A stretch of DNA of 64,000 bases from assembly GCA_026713545.1 (NCBI GenBank), contig JAPOOG010000072.1, positions 17,411 to 81,410 on the forward strand. Direction: 5' to 3'. The DNA comes from Bryobacterales bacterium (lineage in GTDB: Bacteria; Acidobacteriota; Terriglobia; Bryobacterales; UBA6623). This document shows positions 49,347 to 59,236 of this stretch, piece by piece. Every line of letters starts with the position of its first letter. Position 1 is the first letter of the stretch. The notes beneath the pieces are model-generated. The model saw only the letters and a list, made by a program, of their open reading frames with translations, had not been told where the DNA came from and made no database searches. The translations under genes were made by a program, and so were the position numbers.

Positions 49347-49616
49347 GGGCGACCCGCCCCTCGCGGCGTGAACCCCGGGCGAGAAAGTCGTTCTTGAGTC
49401 CGGCGACCGGTCAGGGTTCGCCAGAGAACGCAGACTCCAGGCTCGAGTACCGTCGGCCTGAAAGCACCGTCCTACCGTAGCCCCGAGGGGCCGGGTGCGA
49501 ACGAGTTGCCTCCGGCTACGGATTGTAAAACAGAGTTCCCCCCGGGTTTCGAGCGGGGCGTGCATCCATTCCCCAGCCTGTCGTCCCAGGGTTCACACCG
49601 CGAAAGGCGGCCGCCC
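49347..49616 (-). ncRNA. Unassigned ~270-nt structured RNA candidate
   Basis: 35-bp terminal helix plus three abutting internal hairpins; non-Watson-Crick pairs are G-U on the minus strand. Confidence 0.6.
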
Positions 49617-49629
49617 TGCACACTCAGTA

Positions 49630-51708
49630 TTACATCACTTTGGGCGAGGGAATACCCATCGTGTCAAGTACGCGGGTGAGTTCGCCGAGGAAGAACTGAG
49701 CCATCCACAGCAGGAAGGTTTTCCTGAAGTCATCGGGCTCATTGAGAATGTGGTGCTGATGATAAAAGTTGTTGAACATCTGTGCGAGCCGGAAAGCGTA
49801 GCGGGCGAGTTGGGCGGGCTCTTCGGCAGCCACAGCGCGATCGATGGCCCACTCTCCGCGCGAGGCCTCGAGCAGAAGTTGCCAGCAGTCCTCTTGGGCG
49901 AGTTGCTCTTCAAAAGCCGTCCGATCGAGTTGCTTGTCGAAATCGGGGAGCGACTCGCCGCGCTCTGCAAGCGTTCGCAAAATGTTACGGGCACGAACCG
50001 ACGCGTATTGAACATACGGCCCTGTTTCACCGTCGAAGCTGAGTGCTTCTTGAAGGTCGAAAGCGATTACCGTCGTCCGTGTGAAGCGCAGCATGAAGTA
50101 GCGCAGGGCGCCGACAGCGATTTCCGAGGCAATCCTGTGCTGCTCTTCTTCCGGCGTGTCGGCGTGGCGGCTGTGGACTTCTTCGAGCGCCTTGTCGATC
50201 AGCATATCGATCAGGTCGTCGGCCTTCACGCCGAGTCCCTTGCGGCCCGACACCTCGACGAACGAGCGCCTCTTGTCTTCGTCGGTCAGTTCAATGCCAA
50301 GTTCGGCGCAGCAGCGCGGCGTCAGCGCCACCATCTCGTAGGAGAAGTGGACCGAGTCACGCGCCTGCTGCTCGAAGCCGAGTGATCGCAGCCCGGCTCG
50401 AACGACATCCTGAAGGTAAGACTGCCGTACGTCGATGACGTTGTAGATTTTCTCGCCGTGTCCGAAGCGCGGCGCACTCGCGTCGCCTTCACCGGCAGAG
50501 GAGGCCCATAGCTCGCGGCCGTCCGTGTAGGTGCGGAAGGACACGTAGCGGAAATCCTTGTCGATCAGGCCGAACTTCCAAAGCTGGTAGGCAATGTCTT
50601 TCCCGACGTAAGTGACAGTACCGTTCGAGCGGACAATAACCTTATCCTGATCCTGGTCCTCCGTGATTTCCGATTGGTTCACAGCGGAACCCTTCTTGCT
50701 GAGTTTCCGGGTCGTCTTCAGTGACTCTTGGAAGAGGCGAGCGGGCATGATCCAGCAACCCTTGTTCTTGCCCTCGGCTTCGAGGACGATCGCGCCATGC
50801 TCTTTGAGAAGTTCAAAGGCTGAATCCCAGAAGCGTAGATGCAGAATCTCACTCTCGCGCGGCAGTACATCGTACTCGACGCCAACGCGCCCCATCGTGT
50901 CAAGGTGCTTGTTCACGATGGCGTTTGAGACGATACGGCCCGTCTCGGCGAGTTCACCTTCATCGGATTCAATGGCGTGAAGAGTTGCGGCGCGCCACTC
51001 TAGAGATTCGGGTTCGGCTTTATAGTGCTGCGAGGTGCGGGCGTAGAGGTCCCAGCAGCGATAATCGAAGCGAAGATCGCGGTCGTCGACAAGGGCCTGC
51101 ACTTGCCCGGGTGTTTTCTTTTCCAGGAAGTGGAATCCCACGACGACGTCGGCGACCTGCACGCCGGTGTTATCGATATAGTTCTGGACTTCGACGGTGT
51201 GACCGAGCCGGCGAAGCATGCGAACGAGCGTGTCGCCCATGACGGCGTTGCGCAGGTGTCCGATGTGCGCCGCTTTGTTGGGATTAATGTTCGTGTGCTC
51301 GACGATGATTTTGGGGGTGCTTGACTCCGGAGCAGTGGCGGTTCTGCAAAGGAGGCTCTCTCCATAGGCGCCGCGGTCGAATCGGACATTGATGTAACCC
51401 CCAGCGGCGACTTCGAATAAGGCGACACCCTCGATAGGCGGAAGTTCGGTGACCATCTCCTCGGCGATCCGGCGGGGGGCTCGCTTCAGCGTCTTCGCCA
51501 ACGAAAAGCACACCGGCAGCGCGAGTTCGCCAAAGTTGGATTGCCGCGGCTGCTCGATGACGACGGAGATGTTCGCGTCATATCGTTGCCGAATGTGCGC
51601 TGCGACCGCGTCGCGTACACGATGGGCGAGAACAAGGAACACGGGAAGCTGACTGGGCTGGGGTGGCGCGGCGGTGTTCGGCGAGCCCTTCGAGGGAGTA
51701 GAATTCAT
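49630..51708 (-). CDS. argS: Arginine--tRNA ligase
   Basis: EHTNINPNKAAHIGHLRN, SGRKG, FDGETGPYVQYA. Confidence 0.95.
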   Translation of the reverse strand: MNSTPSKGSPNTAAPPQPSQLPVFLVLAHRVRDAVAAHIRQRYDANISVVIEQPRQSNFGELALPVCFSLAKTLKRAPRRIAEEMVTELPPIEGVALFEVAAGGYINVRFDRGAYGESLLCRTATAPESSTPKIIVEHTNINPNKAAHIGHLRNAVMGDTLVRMLRRLGHTVEVQNYIDNTGVQVADVVVGFHFLEKKTPGQVQALVDDRDLRFDYRCWDLYARTSQHYKAEPESLEWRAATLHAIESDEGELAETGRIVSNAIVNKHLDTMGRVGVEYDVLPRESEILHLRFWDSAFELLKEHGAIVLEAEGKNKGCWIMPARLFQESLKTTRKLSKKGSAVNQSEITEDQDQDKVIVRSNGTVTYVGKDIAYQLWKFGLIDKDFRYVSFRTYTDGRELWASSAGEGDASAPRFGHGEKIYNVIDVRQSYLQDVVRAGLRSLGFEQQARDSVHFSYEMVALTPRCCAELGIELTDEDKRRSFVEVSGRKGLGVKADDLIDMLIDKALEEVHSRHADTPEEEQHRIASEIAVGALRYFMLRFTRTTVIAFDLQEALSFDGETGPYVQYASVRARNILRTLAERGESLPDFDKQLDRTAFEEQLAQEDCWQLLLEASRGEWAIDRAVAAEEPAQLARYAFRLAQMFNNFYHQHHILNEPDDFRKTFLLWMAQFFLGELTRVLDTMGIPSPKVM

Positions 51709-51992
51709 TGTGCCACACGGGATCAGTACCGACGCGTGTTCCGAACTGGGAGTGCGATGCGCTGTAATGACTTACCGTTTCTCCATGCAGGACGACCTTT
51801 CGTTGCTGGAGAATCGGGAAGTCGGCGATGAAATGGCTCAAGACGAATGCCTGGAAACTCGAGACGGGCGGCTCCGATTGACGTGCTGATTGGCCAAGCA
51901 AGGGGAATTGCCTTCCAGCGATGGCCGCTACTCTGTGATCCATTGCATCACGATGGCCATGGACCTTAGCTCCGACCGAGGATTCTTCCACC

Positions 51993-53180
51993 ATGCCTGA
52001 GAACTTTCTTGCCTCGATCTACACCTATTCCTGGGATCTCACTGACGAGGGCCTCGACCGCTCACTCAACCGCATTGCGGACATCGCACATTGCGACGAA
52101 GTGATGCTTACACCCTCGTACCACGTATCGACATACTTTCTGCCTCACAACCCGACGCGGCCTCTGTATTACGGCGAGGATGGAGCGGTTTACTTCCATC
52201 CGGACTACAAGCGGTACTTCCGTACTCGTATCCGTCCGCATGTCAGCGATGTGGTGGATCAAGAAGGCTATTTCGAGCGGGTTGTCGAAGCGATCAACAA
52301 GCGCGGACTCAAGTTCAGCGCCTGGATTGTCTATTGTTACAACCACTATCTGGCCCGTACGTATCCTGAGTTCGCGAAGCACGACGCTTTTGGCAATCCG
52401 TATCTCGCGCAGCTCAGCACGGCCCCGCCGGACACTCAAGAGTACCTGGCCGCGCTGACGGAGAACATCGTTCAGGTTTATAAGCCGTCCGCAGTGCACG
52501 TCGAGTCGCTGTCTCGCCTGCGGTGGCGCTACGGGTTTCGTAATCCCAAGGTGCTGTCGGAGATCACCGATCGGGTGGAGTTTCTAATGGGATTGGATTT
52601 CAATCCGGCGGCGGTGGCTTACTGCACCAAACAAGGCTTTGACGGTCCGGAGTTCCAGAAATCGGTGGTGAACTGGCTGCGGCCGCGGTTGGCGCGTCTC
52701 CCCACAGAGAGTGACCGCGATCCGGCGGATGAGGCCTGGATCAAGGAGGCTTTCGACGGGCGACTCAATGACTGGCTGCATCTTCGGAGAAAACAAACGA
52801 CGGCACTCTGGACAAGGATCGCGAATATCATCCATGACGGCGGAGCCAAGATTCAGTCCGTCTTGGCTACGAGTGAATCACAGCAGAGGACGGACATCAG
52901 CCCTTCTGCGAACCGCTATCTGGACCGTGTGACGGTAGGTCCGTTCCAGTCCATAGTAGAAGGTAAAGCCGGCGTCCAGCACATCAAAGGTGCGATCAAC
53001 GAAGGTGGGGGCGTGATGGTTTCGACTCAGCCCGGACGAATGACGCGAGCTGAGCCGTTGGAGGAGGAGGTCAGCATCGCCAAGAAGTCAGGCGCGGGCG
53101 GTTGCACTTTCTACAACTATGGGTTGCTTCGTGAAGAGCAGCTCGGGTTCGTAGGCTCGGCGATCAGAAGAGTCGCATGA
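51993..53180 (+). CDS. Hypothetical protein, possibly glycoside-hydrolase-like TIM barrel
   Basis: 395-aa ORF with RBS; YSWDL...SYH...AVYFHP pattern; family only tentative. Confidence 0.55.
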   Translation: MPENFLASIYTYSWDLTDEGLDRSLNRIADIAHCDEVMLTPSYHVSTYFLPHNPTRPLYYGEDGAVYFHPDYKRYFRTRIRPHVSDVVDQEGYFERVVEAINKRGLKFSAWIVYCYNHYLARTYPEFAKHDAFGNPYLAQLSTAPPDTQEYLAALTENIVQVYKPSAVHVESLSRLRWRYGFRNPKVLSEITDRVEFLMGLDFNPAAVAYCTKQGFDGPEFQKSVVNWLRPRLARLPTESDRDPADEAWIKEAFDGRLNDWLHLRRKQTTALWTRIANIIHDGGAKIQSVLATSESQQRTDISPSANRYLDRVTVGPFQSIVEGKAGVQHIKGAINEGGGVMVSTQPGRMTRAEPLEEEVSIAKKSGAGGCTFYNYGLLREEQLGFVGSAIRRVA

Positions 53181-53365
53181 AGCCTGCCGCCAGAGTGAGT
53201 GTCGAGAAAAACGTCAGTCCACTTTCGGGAAAGCTGACCGCACAACCAAAGGATGGAGTCGTCACGGGAATTAGAGCAGCGATCCAAAACTGGCATTCGA
53301 CATGGGTTTCTTCGATCTGTTTGAGACCCACGCTCTCACCCATGCGATAATCTACGCCGACAAGC

Positions 53366-54316
53366 ATGACAACCATGAATCACCTGTCACGCCGTGACTT
53401 TCTGGCCGCTGCGAGTGGCGCCGCCGGTTACCTTGCCTGCGGAGGTGGAGAAGGACCTCTCTCTCCTGAAAAAAAGGAAGAAGCACAGGCACGGGACTAC
53501 CCGATCATCGACATCCATCAGCACTTGCCCTTTTCGGGGAGGCAGGCGGATACCCTGCTGGATCATCAGCGGACGATGGGGATCTCGAAGACGGTGATGC
53601 TTCCTGCTGGGCGCAAGTACGCCTTGGCGGCGGAGGCCGGGGGAAACGAGATCGTCTATCCGTTCGTACAGAAGCACCTGGACGAGTACTCTTTCTTCGC
53701 AAATGAGCTGCCCGACATACCCGAGACGAGGGAAGTGCTGGAGAAATATCTGAAGTTGGGCGCCATCGGCATCGGCGAGCAGAAGTTTCCGGTCGACTGT
53801 GACTCGAAGCACATCGAGCTGGTGGCGTCGATCGCGCAAGAGTTCGATGTGCCAGTCCTGATGCACTTCCAGCACGAGGCATACAACTTCCACATCGAGC
53901 GCTTCCACAAGATTCTCGAGAAGTTCCCCAAGGTGAACTTCATCGGGCACGCGCAAACCTGGTGGGGCAACATCGACAAAAATCACGACCAAGCCGTGAT
54001 GTATCCGAAAACGCCGGTAACGCCCGGCGGCATCTCCGACCGCTACCTGAGCGACTACGAGAACATGTACGGCGACCTTTCCGCCGGATCGGGACAGAAC
54101 TCCTTAAAGCGGGACGAGGAGCAGGCCCGGGGGTTCATCGAGCGACATCAGCACAAGCTGTTGTTCGGAAGCGATTGCAGCGATTCCGATGGCCGGGGCG
54201 AAAACTGTATCGGCGCCAATACGTTGGCCATCCTCAGGCGGTTGGCGCCGGACGACATGGCATTGAAAAAGATCCTGCACGACAACGCGGCGCGCATCAT
54301 GCGCGTCGGGGTGTGA
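53366..54316 (+). CDS. Amidohydrolase family protein with Tat lipoprotein-like leader
   Basis: SRRDFL...LAC; IDIHQH, IGEQK, LMH, IGHA, LFGSD. Confidence 0.87.
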   Translation: MTTMNHLSRRDFLAAASGAAGYLACGGGEGPLSPEKKEEAQARDYPIIDIHQHLPFSGRQADTLLDHQRTMGISKTVMLPAGRKYALAAEAGGNEIVYPFVQKHLDEYSFFANELPDIPETREVLEKYLKLGAIGIGEQKFPVDCDSKHIELVASIAQEFDVPVLMHFQHEAYNFHIERFHKILEKFPKVNFIGHAQTWWGNIDKNHDQAVMYPKTPVTPGGISDRYLSDYENMYGDLSAGSGQNSLKRDEEQARGFIERHQHKLLFGSDCSDSDGRGENCIGANTLAILRRLAPDDMALKKILHDNAARIMRVGV

Positions 54317-54523
54317 GCAACGCGCAGCGGTTCTGTAGCGTTCACGAAGCTGCAGGTCTGCCTCCCCTGCGGCCATGAAGGGGTCGCCAGCGATGAGGAG
54401 CTTACCGACTTGCCACAGCCCCAACAGATGTATGCGAGGATGCGTACTGACGAGATGTTTTTTACAACTCACGGCGCGAACCTGCTGATAAACATCCGCG
54501 GCTCCGTTGCTTCTGAATGACAT

Positions 54524-55846
54524 ATGCCCAGCCTCGAGAGAAGAACCTTCCTTTCCTCTGTAGCAATGGGTGCGGCTACAACGATTGCTGGTCCGGGCGC
54601 CACACAAGACGGTTCATCGAGCAAACGATTCCGGGTCGGATGCATCGGCATGGGCCGTCGCGGACGGGGCGTGATGAGAACGGCGCTTCGGAACCCGGAG
54701 ACGGAGGTCGTCGCCATCAGCGAAGTCTACGAGCCGAACATCGAGTTGGCTCTCAAGATGGCGCCCGGCTTGAAGGTGTACCGAGACTTCCGCGACTTGC
54801 TGGCGGCCAACGACATCGATGCGGTGTGCATCATGACGCCCGACCACTGGCACGCCTATATGACTGTCGAGGCCTGCAAGGCCGGCAAGGATGTCTACGT
54901 CGAGAAGCCCGTCTCGGTGACCGTCCATGAAGGCCGGATGATGGTCAAGGCCGCCCGCAAGTACAAGCGCATCGTACAGGTCGGCACGCAGCAACGGTCC
55001 GGCAAGCACTTCGAGAAGGCGGTGGAGATTGTACGAAGCGGCAAGCTCGGCGACATTAGCTTCGTGCGGACATGGAATTACGGCAACGAGTTCCCCGAAG
55101 GCATCGGCAATCCGCCAGACACCGACCCGCCCGGCGACCTCGACTGGGACATGTGGCTCGGCCCAGCTCCCAAACGCGCATTCAACAAGAACCGCTTCGG
55201 CTATAACCCGAATCACTACTCATACTTCCGCTGGTTCTGGGACTATGCCGGCGGAATGATGACCGACTGGGGCGTCCATTTGCTGGATATCGTTCTGTGG
55301 GCGATGGACGAGAAGGGTCCGCGCGTCATCACCACCATTGGTGGCAAGTACGCGCTCCAGGACAATCGTGAAACGCCCGACACCATCCAAGCTACGTACG
55401 AGTTTCCCGGTTTTGCATGCGTCTACGAAAACCGCGTCTCGAATGCACAATCAATGTGGGACCAAGGCTACGGCATTCTTTTCCACGGCACAGAGGGAAC
55501 GTTGTTCTTGGACCGCAGCCGTTGGGAGATCATCCCGGAGACCAGGCCCATCGCTGTCGGCAGCCGCCAACGCATGGCGAGATTGATCGGTGAAAGCGGC
55601 GTCCGCGAGAACGAGACCACGACCGACCACTGGGCCGATTTTATCGAGTCCATGAAGACCCGCAAGCCGTCCAGGAGCGACATCGAGAACGGTCACCGCT
55701 CCACCGCAACCTGCCTGTTGGCAAACGTGTCTCTGCGGAGCCGCCAGCGCATCGAGTGGAACCCCGAAACCGAAACTACGGATAACAAAGAGGCCCGGAC
55801 TTACCTGAGGCGTGAATACCGGCCGCCTTGGAAACTGGAATTGTAG
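54524..55846 (+). CDS. Gfo/Idh/MocA oxidoreductase with Tat leader
   Basis: ERRTFL; IGMGRRG, TPDHWH, YVEKP, QVGTQQRS, DWGVHLLD. Confidence 0.92.
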   Translation: MPSLERRTFLSSVAMGAATTIAGPGATQDGSSSKRFRVGCIGMGRRGRGVMRTALRNPETEVVAISEVYEPNIELALKMAPGLKVYRDFRDLLAANDIDAVCIMTPDHWHAYMTVEACKAGKDVYVEKPVSVTVHEGRMMVKAARKYKRIVQVGTQQRSGKHFEKAVEIVRSGKLGDISFVRTWNYGNEFPEGIGNPPDTDPPGDLDWDMWLGPAPKRAFNKNRFGYNPNHYSYFRWFWDYAGGMMTDWGVHLLDIVLWAMDEKGPRVITTIGGKYALQDNRETPDTIQATYEFPGFACVYENRVSNAQSMWDQGYGILFHGTEGTLFLDRSRWEIIPETRPIAVGSRQRMARLIGESGVRENETTTDHWADFIESMKTRKPSRSDIENGHRSTATCLLANVSLRSRQRIEWNPETETTDNKEARTYLRREYRPPWKLEL

Positions 55847-55892
55847 GCGGGGGCACGGCATCCGGAATGGCTATGGGCTGCGGCGCTCCGCG

Positions 55893-56480
55893 CTACGCAG
55901 CTTTCGCTCGCTGGTATAAGGTGTCGAGGGTCAGGCCGGAGGCGGCTCGGATAGAGAAGCCATAGCGGCGTTGCGGATCGTTGTCTCGCTTCATGTCGCA
56001 ACCTCCCTCCCCAAAAAGCGTATTCAAGGCGGCTTCGATGGCGGGTCGAAGCATGCCATCCGTCACGTCGTTGTTCGGAAACTGAAGCCGGTCGTTGACG
56101 CAGAACTCCCATGCTTCCGGCCTGAGTTGCAGTTCAGCGGGATAGGCCGGTTCCGCAACCAAGGCCTTCGCCAAATCCAGGCAGCGCCGGAATGCCTCGA
56201 CGATCCGTTCGTCATTCGATCCGCCGAAGTCTTTCTTCCCGGCGTAGAGCACCCCGAGTCCAGGACGGTTGAGGTCGATCGCGAAGTTGCCTTGATGGCC
56301 GGCCAGAAGGATTCCCGGGCCTCGCGCCATGTGCGCATAGTCGGCGAGGTCGACCCACTGTGCAGGATGATTCTTGTCCTGCCTCCATTGGCCGAAGATC
56401 ACCAGGAATGGGTCCAATCGGAAGCCGGGCGGCGCTTGGGCAAGCATCTTTACATGGATACGTTGAAGGTCGGCGCTCAT
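55893..56480 (-). CDS. Hypothetical protein
   Basis: 195-aa globular-looking ORF downstream of and co-oriented with the reductase. Confidence 0.65.
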   Translation of the reverse strand: MSADLQRIHVKMLAQAPPGFRLDPFLVIFGQWRQDKNHPAQWVDLADYAHMARGPGILLAGHQGNFAIDLNRPGLGVLYAGKKDFGGSNDERIVEAFRRCLDLAKALVAEPAYPAELQLRPEAWEFCVNDRLQFPNNDVTDGMLRPAIEAALNTLFGEGGCDMKRDNDPQRRYGFSIRAASGLTLDTLYQRAKAA

Positions 56481-56766
56481 CTTGAAAAAGCTTATCGGAT
56501 TCCTTGCTGAAAAAAAATCGAGCCGGCGACACCGAATCGGTATCGATCAAGTGACCGACGGCTTGGGGCTCTATGTTGGCGGAGAACTGGCCGGCATTTC
56601 TCACCGCGCGGCGAGACGAAATGTGTGAGAGGGCCGTCAGGACGAGGCACGAACTGCTTGGCGCGCACAGGTGTACTTGAAAGTACATCGAGCACGGCAA
56701 GCAAGAGCAACGAAGTCATGGCGGTCTTACCGCGCGCTTCGGCCGGCAGCCGGTGAGAAAAGCAGG

Positions 56767-58899
56767 TCAGGACTGTGTGTAAACCGTCTGGGCTTGCTCG
56801 ATGAAGAGCGTCGTTTCTTCGACACGCTGGCGAGCCCTCTCCGGCGTGACGCCCTGGATCGGCTCATCGACCGCCCGGAAGAAGTTGTCCGCGAACGGTT
56901 TGAAGAACTGACCCGTGTCGTAGAAGTGTTTGCGGAACTCCGCGACCGTATCGTAGCGGTCCGACAATAACAGTCCACGGGTAGAGAGCAACCCATCGGA
57001 CGCCTTCTTCGACGCTTCGAGCGACTTTTCCGCGGCGTTGCTCCAATTGCCTGCATCGAGAGCCAGGGTCGCTTCGAAGTTGAGCCGGTCGGCGTCCTCG
57101 AGCATGAACTCGGCTTGATCGACAACCTCGCCGGCGCACTCCCCCACGCCCAGCGACTTCTTGTATTCCCACGGTTGGCGGTTGTCTTCGTAAAGCTCCG
57201 GCGACTGCTCATAGGCAGTCTTCACGGCGTATTCTGCGAGTTCCTCCTTCATCCGTGAGCGGCCCATGCGCTCGACAAAGTTGTTGAAGCTCTCGCCTTG
57301 CATCTTCCCCGCCGTATACAGATCGGTCAGCTTCGCGATCGCATCCGGAGCGTTCTTGGCGGCCACTTTGCCCACAGCCAAACCGTAGGAGGCGGCGTTG
57401 TTCTTCGTCGTGCCGCCAACGGTGATCTGGAAGACCGGCGCCGAGTGGATTCCCTTGCGCTGCACGGATCCGAACAGGCCGATGTCGGCGATATGATGCT
57501 GGCCGCAAGAGTTGAAACAGCCGCTGATCTTGATCTTCAGGTCGTCACGGTCGGCAAGCCGCGACAGGCCGTTCGCGAACTTCTCCTGCAGCACGGCCGC
57601 AAGACCACGCGAAGACGCAATGCCTAGCTTGCAGGAGTCCGTGCCCGGGCAGGCCGTCACGTCCGCCATACGTCCCGCTCCGATGTCGGAGAGTTCCAGT
57701 TCCTTGAGGCCTTGATAGAAATCCAATACGTCGCCGTTGGGAACCCAGCGAATCAGAAGGTTCTGCTCGACCGTTGTACGGATGGTGTCTTGCACGTAGC
57801 GGCGGCAGAGGTTCGCCAAGTCCCGCAACTGATCGGACGAAATATCTCCAAGTGGAAGGAAGACCTCGACCGTCGAGTAGCCCTGTTGGGCCTGCGGCCG
57901 CACGTTGACATCGAGCCAACGTAGCAATTCGGGGGAGGCGCCTTCGGGTATCTTCAATTCTGACGGATCCCTGAGCGGCTGATCGTGGTAGTCGACCATC
58001 GCGTCGTCGATTTGTGCCTGCCATTGTGGGTCGTGCGGCAGCTTCTTGAACTCGAACTCGACCTGCCGCTTGAATTCATCGAAACCGAGCTTGGCGATCA
58101 AAAACTTCATGCGCGCCTTGGCACGATTCTGCTTCTCGCCCAGCCGCGCAAAAACACGCGATATCGCCTGCGCCAGCGGCATCAGGTCTTCCGCGGGAAG
58201 GAAATCGCTATAGAGCTTGGCCTGGAAGGGTAGCGCGCCCAGGCCGCCGCCGACAAACACCTGGAAACCCTTGACCTGCGTGCCGCCGCTTTCCTGCACC
58301 TTCGCAATGGCGCCAATGTCATGCATGCGGGCCAAGCCACAAGGGTGATCCTCGCAACCCGAGAAGGCGATCTTGAACTTTCGGCCGAAATTCTGGGCGT
58401 CGGGGTGCCGTAGCAGGAAGTAGGCCATCGCTCGGGCGTAGGGCGTTACGTCGAAGATCTCGTCCGTGCAAACGCCGGCCTGAGGGCAAGCCGTGACGTT
58501 GCGGACAACGTTGCCGCAAGCTTCTCTGGTGGTGATGCCCACACCGGCCAGCCGCCGCATCAGATTCGGGGTGTCGTTGATGTCGACGTAGTGGTATTGG
58601 ACATCTTGGCGCGTCGTGATGTGAGCGACACCGACAGCGTATTCCTCCGCCAGGTCTGCCAGGCGAATCATCTTGTCGGTGCTCAAAACCCCCATTGGGA
58701 TCTTGATACGCTGCATTTGAACGCCGTCTTGCCGCTGTCCGTAGACGCCGTGCCGCAGCCGGAACTCGAGGAACACCTTCTCCGGCATCTGCCCCGTCTG
58801 CACCCGGCGAAGCTCGGTTTCAAATACGTCGATCTCCTGACGAACCGACTCAGGCAGCTCAGCCCAAAGATCACTTGTGGTGGTTTCCGCGCTAGCCAT
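56767..58899 (-). CDS. Nitrite/sulfite reductase (siroheme-[4Fe-4S]) with C-terminal HEPN-like extension
   Basis: RHGVYGQRQ, ITTRQDVQ, RKFKIAFSG, CPGTDSC...SGCFNSCG; ATG 58899 after GGAGG. Confidence 0.9.
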   Translation of the reverse strand: MASAETTTSDLWAELPESVRQEIDVFETELRRVQTGQMPEKVFLEFRLRHGVYGQRQDGVQMQRIKIPMGVLSTDKMIRLADLAEEYAVGVAHITTRQDVQYHYVDINDTPNLMRRLAGVGITTREACGNVVRNVTACPQAGVCTDEIFDVTPYARAMAYFLLRHPDAQNFGRKFKIAFSGCEDHPCGLARMHDIGAIAKVQESGGTQVKGFQVFVGGGLGALPFQAKLYSDFLPAEDLMPLAQAISRVFARLGEKQNRAKARMKFLIAKLGFDEFKRQVEFEFKKLPHDPQWQAQIDDAMVDYHDQPLRDPSELKIPEGASPELLRWLDVNVRPQAQQGYSTVEVFLPLGDISSDQLRDLANLCRRYVQDTIRTTVEQNLLIRWVPNGDVLDFYQGLKELELSDIGAGRMADVTACPGTDSCKLGIASSRGLAAVLQEKFANGLSRLADRDDLKIKISGCFNSCGQHHIADIGLFGSVQRKGIHSAPVFQITVGGTTKNNAASYGLAVGKVAAKNAPDAIAKLTDLYTAGKMQGESFNNFVERMGRSRMKEELAEYAVKTAYEQSPELYEDNRQPWEYKKSLGVGECAGEVVDQAEFMLEDADRLNFEATLALDAGNWSNAAEKSLEASKKASDGLLSTRGLLLSDRYDTVAEFRKHFYDTGQFFKPFADNFFRAVDEPIQGVTPERARQRVEETTLFIEQAQTVYTQS

Positions 58900-58938
58900 C
58901 GATGCCTCCCCCAAGCAATCTCTACTAATTCGATGGGT

Positions 58939-58947
58939 ATTATAGCA
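58939..58947 (-). promoter_or_regulatory. Extended -10 promoter of the reductase gene
   Basis: TGcTATAAT on the minus strand about 40 nt before the start. Confidence 0.55.
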
Positions 58948-59236
58948 TTTGAATCGGACTGTTCCTACATCCTCCCGTGAATGGCCGCTCCAAGGAGCAC
59001 CGGGATGTATAGACAGATCGAGAGATCACGCGGGCGCAAACGATCCCGTGGACCGACCGGACTCCGCGGGCAACCTCAGCAGATACGACGGCGATCAGCG
59101 GCTTGGAGCCCGTCGCGGCGAAATCCTCGTTGGCTCACCAACCCGAACAATCCTCTCCACACCCCTACTCCGTCGGATCAGGAGTATGTCGGAGTAAGGA
59201 TTTCGCCACCCAACCGCCTATAATAGAGCCTTGGCC

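Noticed and set aside
49305-49565. 86-aa ORF over the structured region
   Set aside because: Low-complexity Arg/Pro-rich translation; strand-specific G-U pairing explains the region better
56492-56719. 75-aa ORF between the reductase and the hypothetical gene
   Set aside because: No motif or clear RBS; likely intergenic
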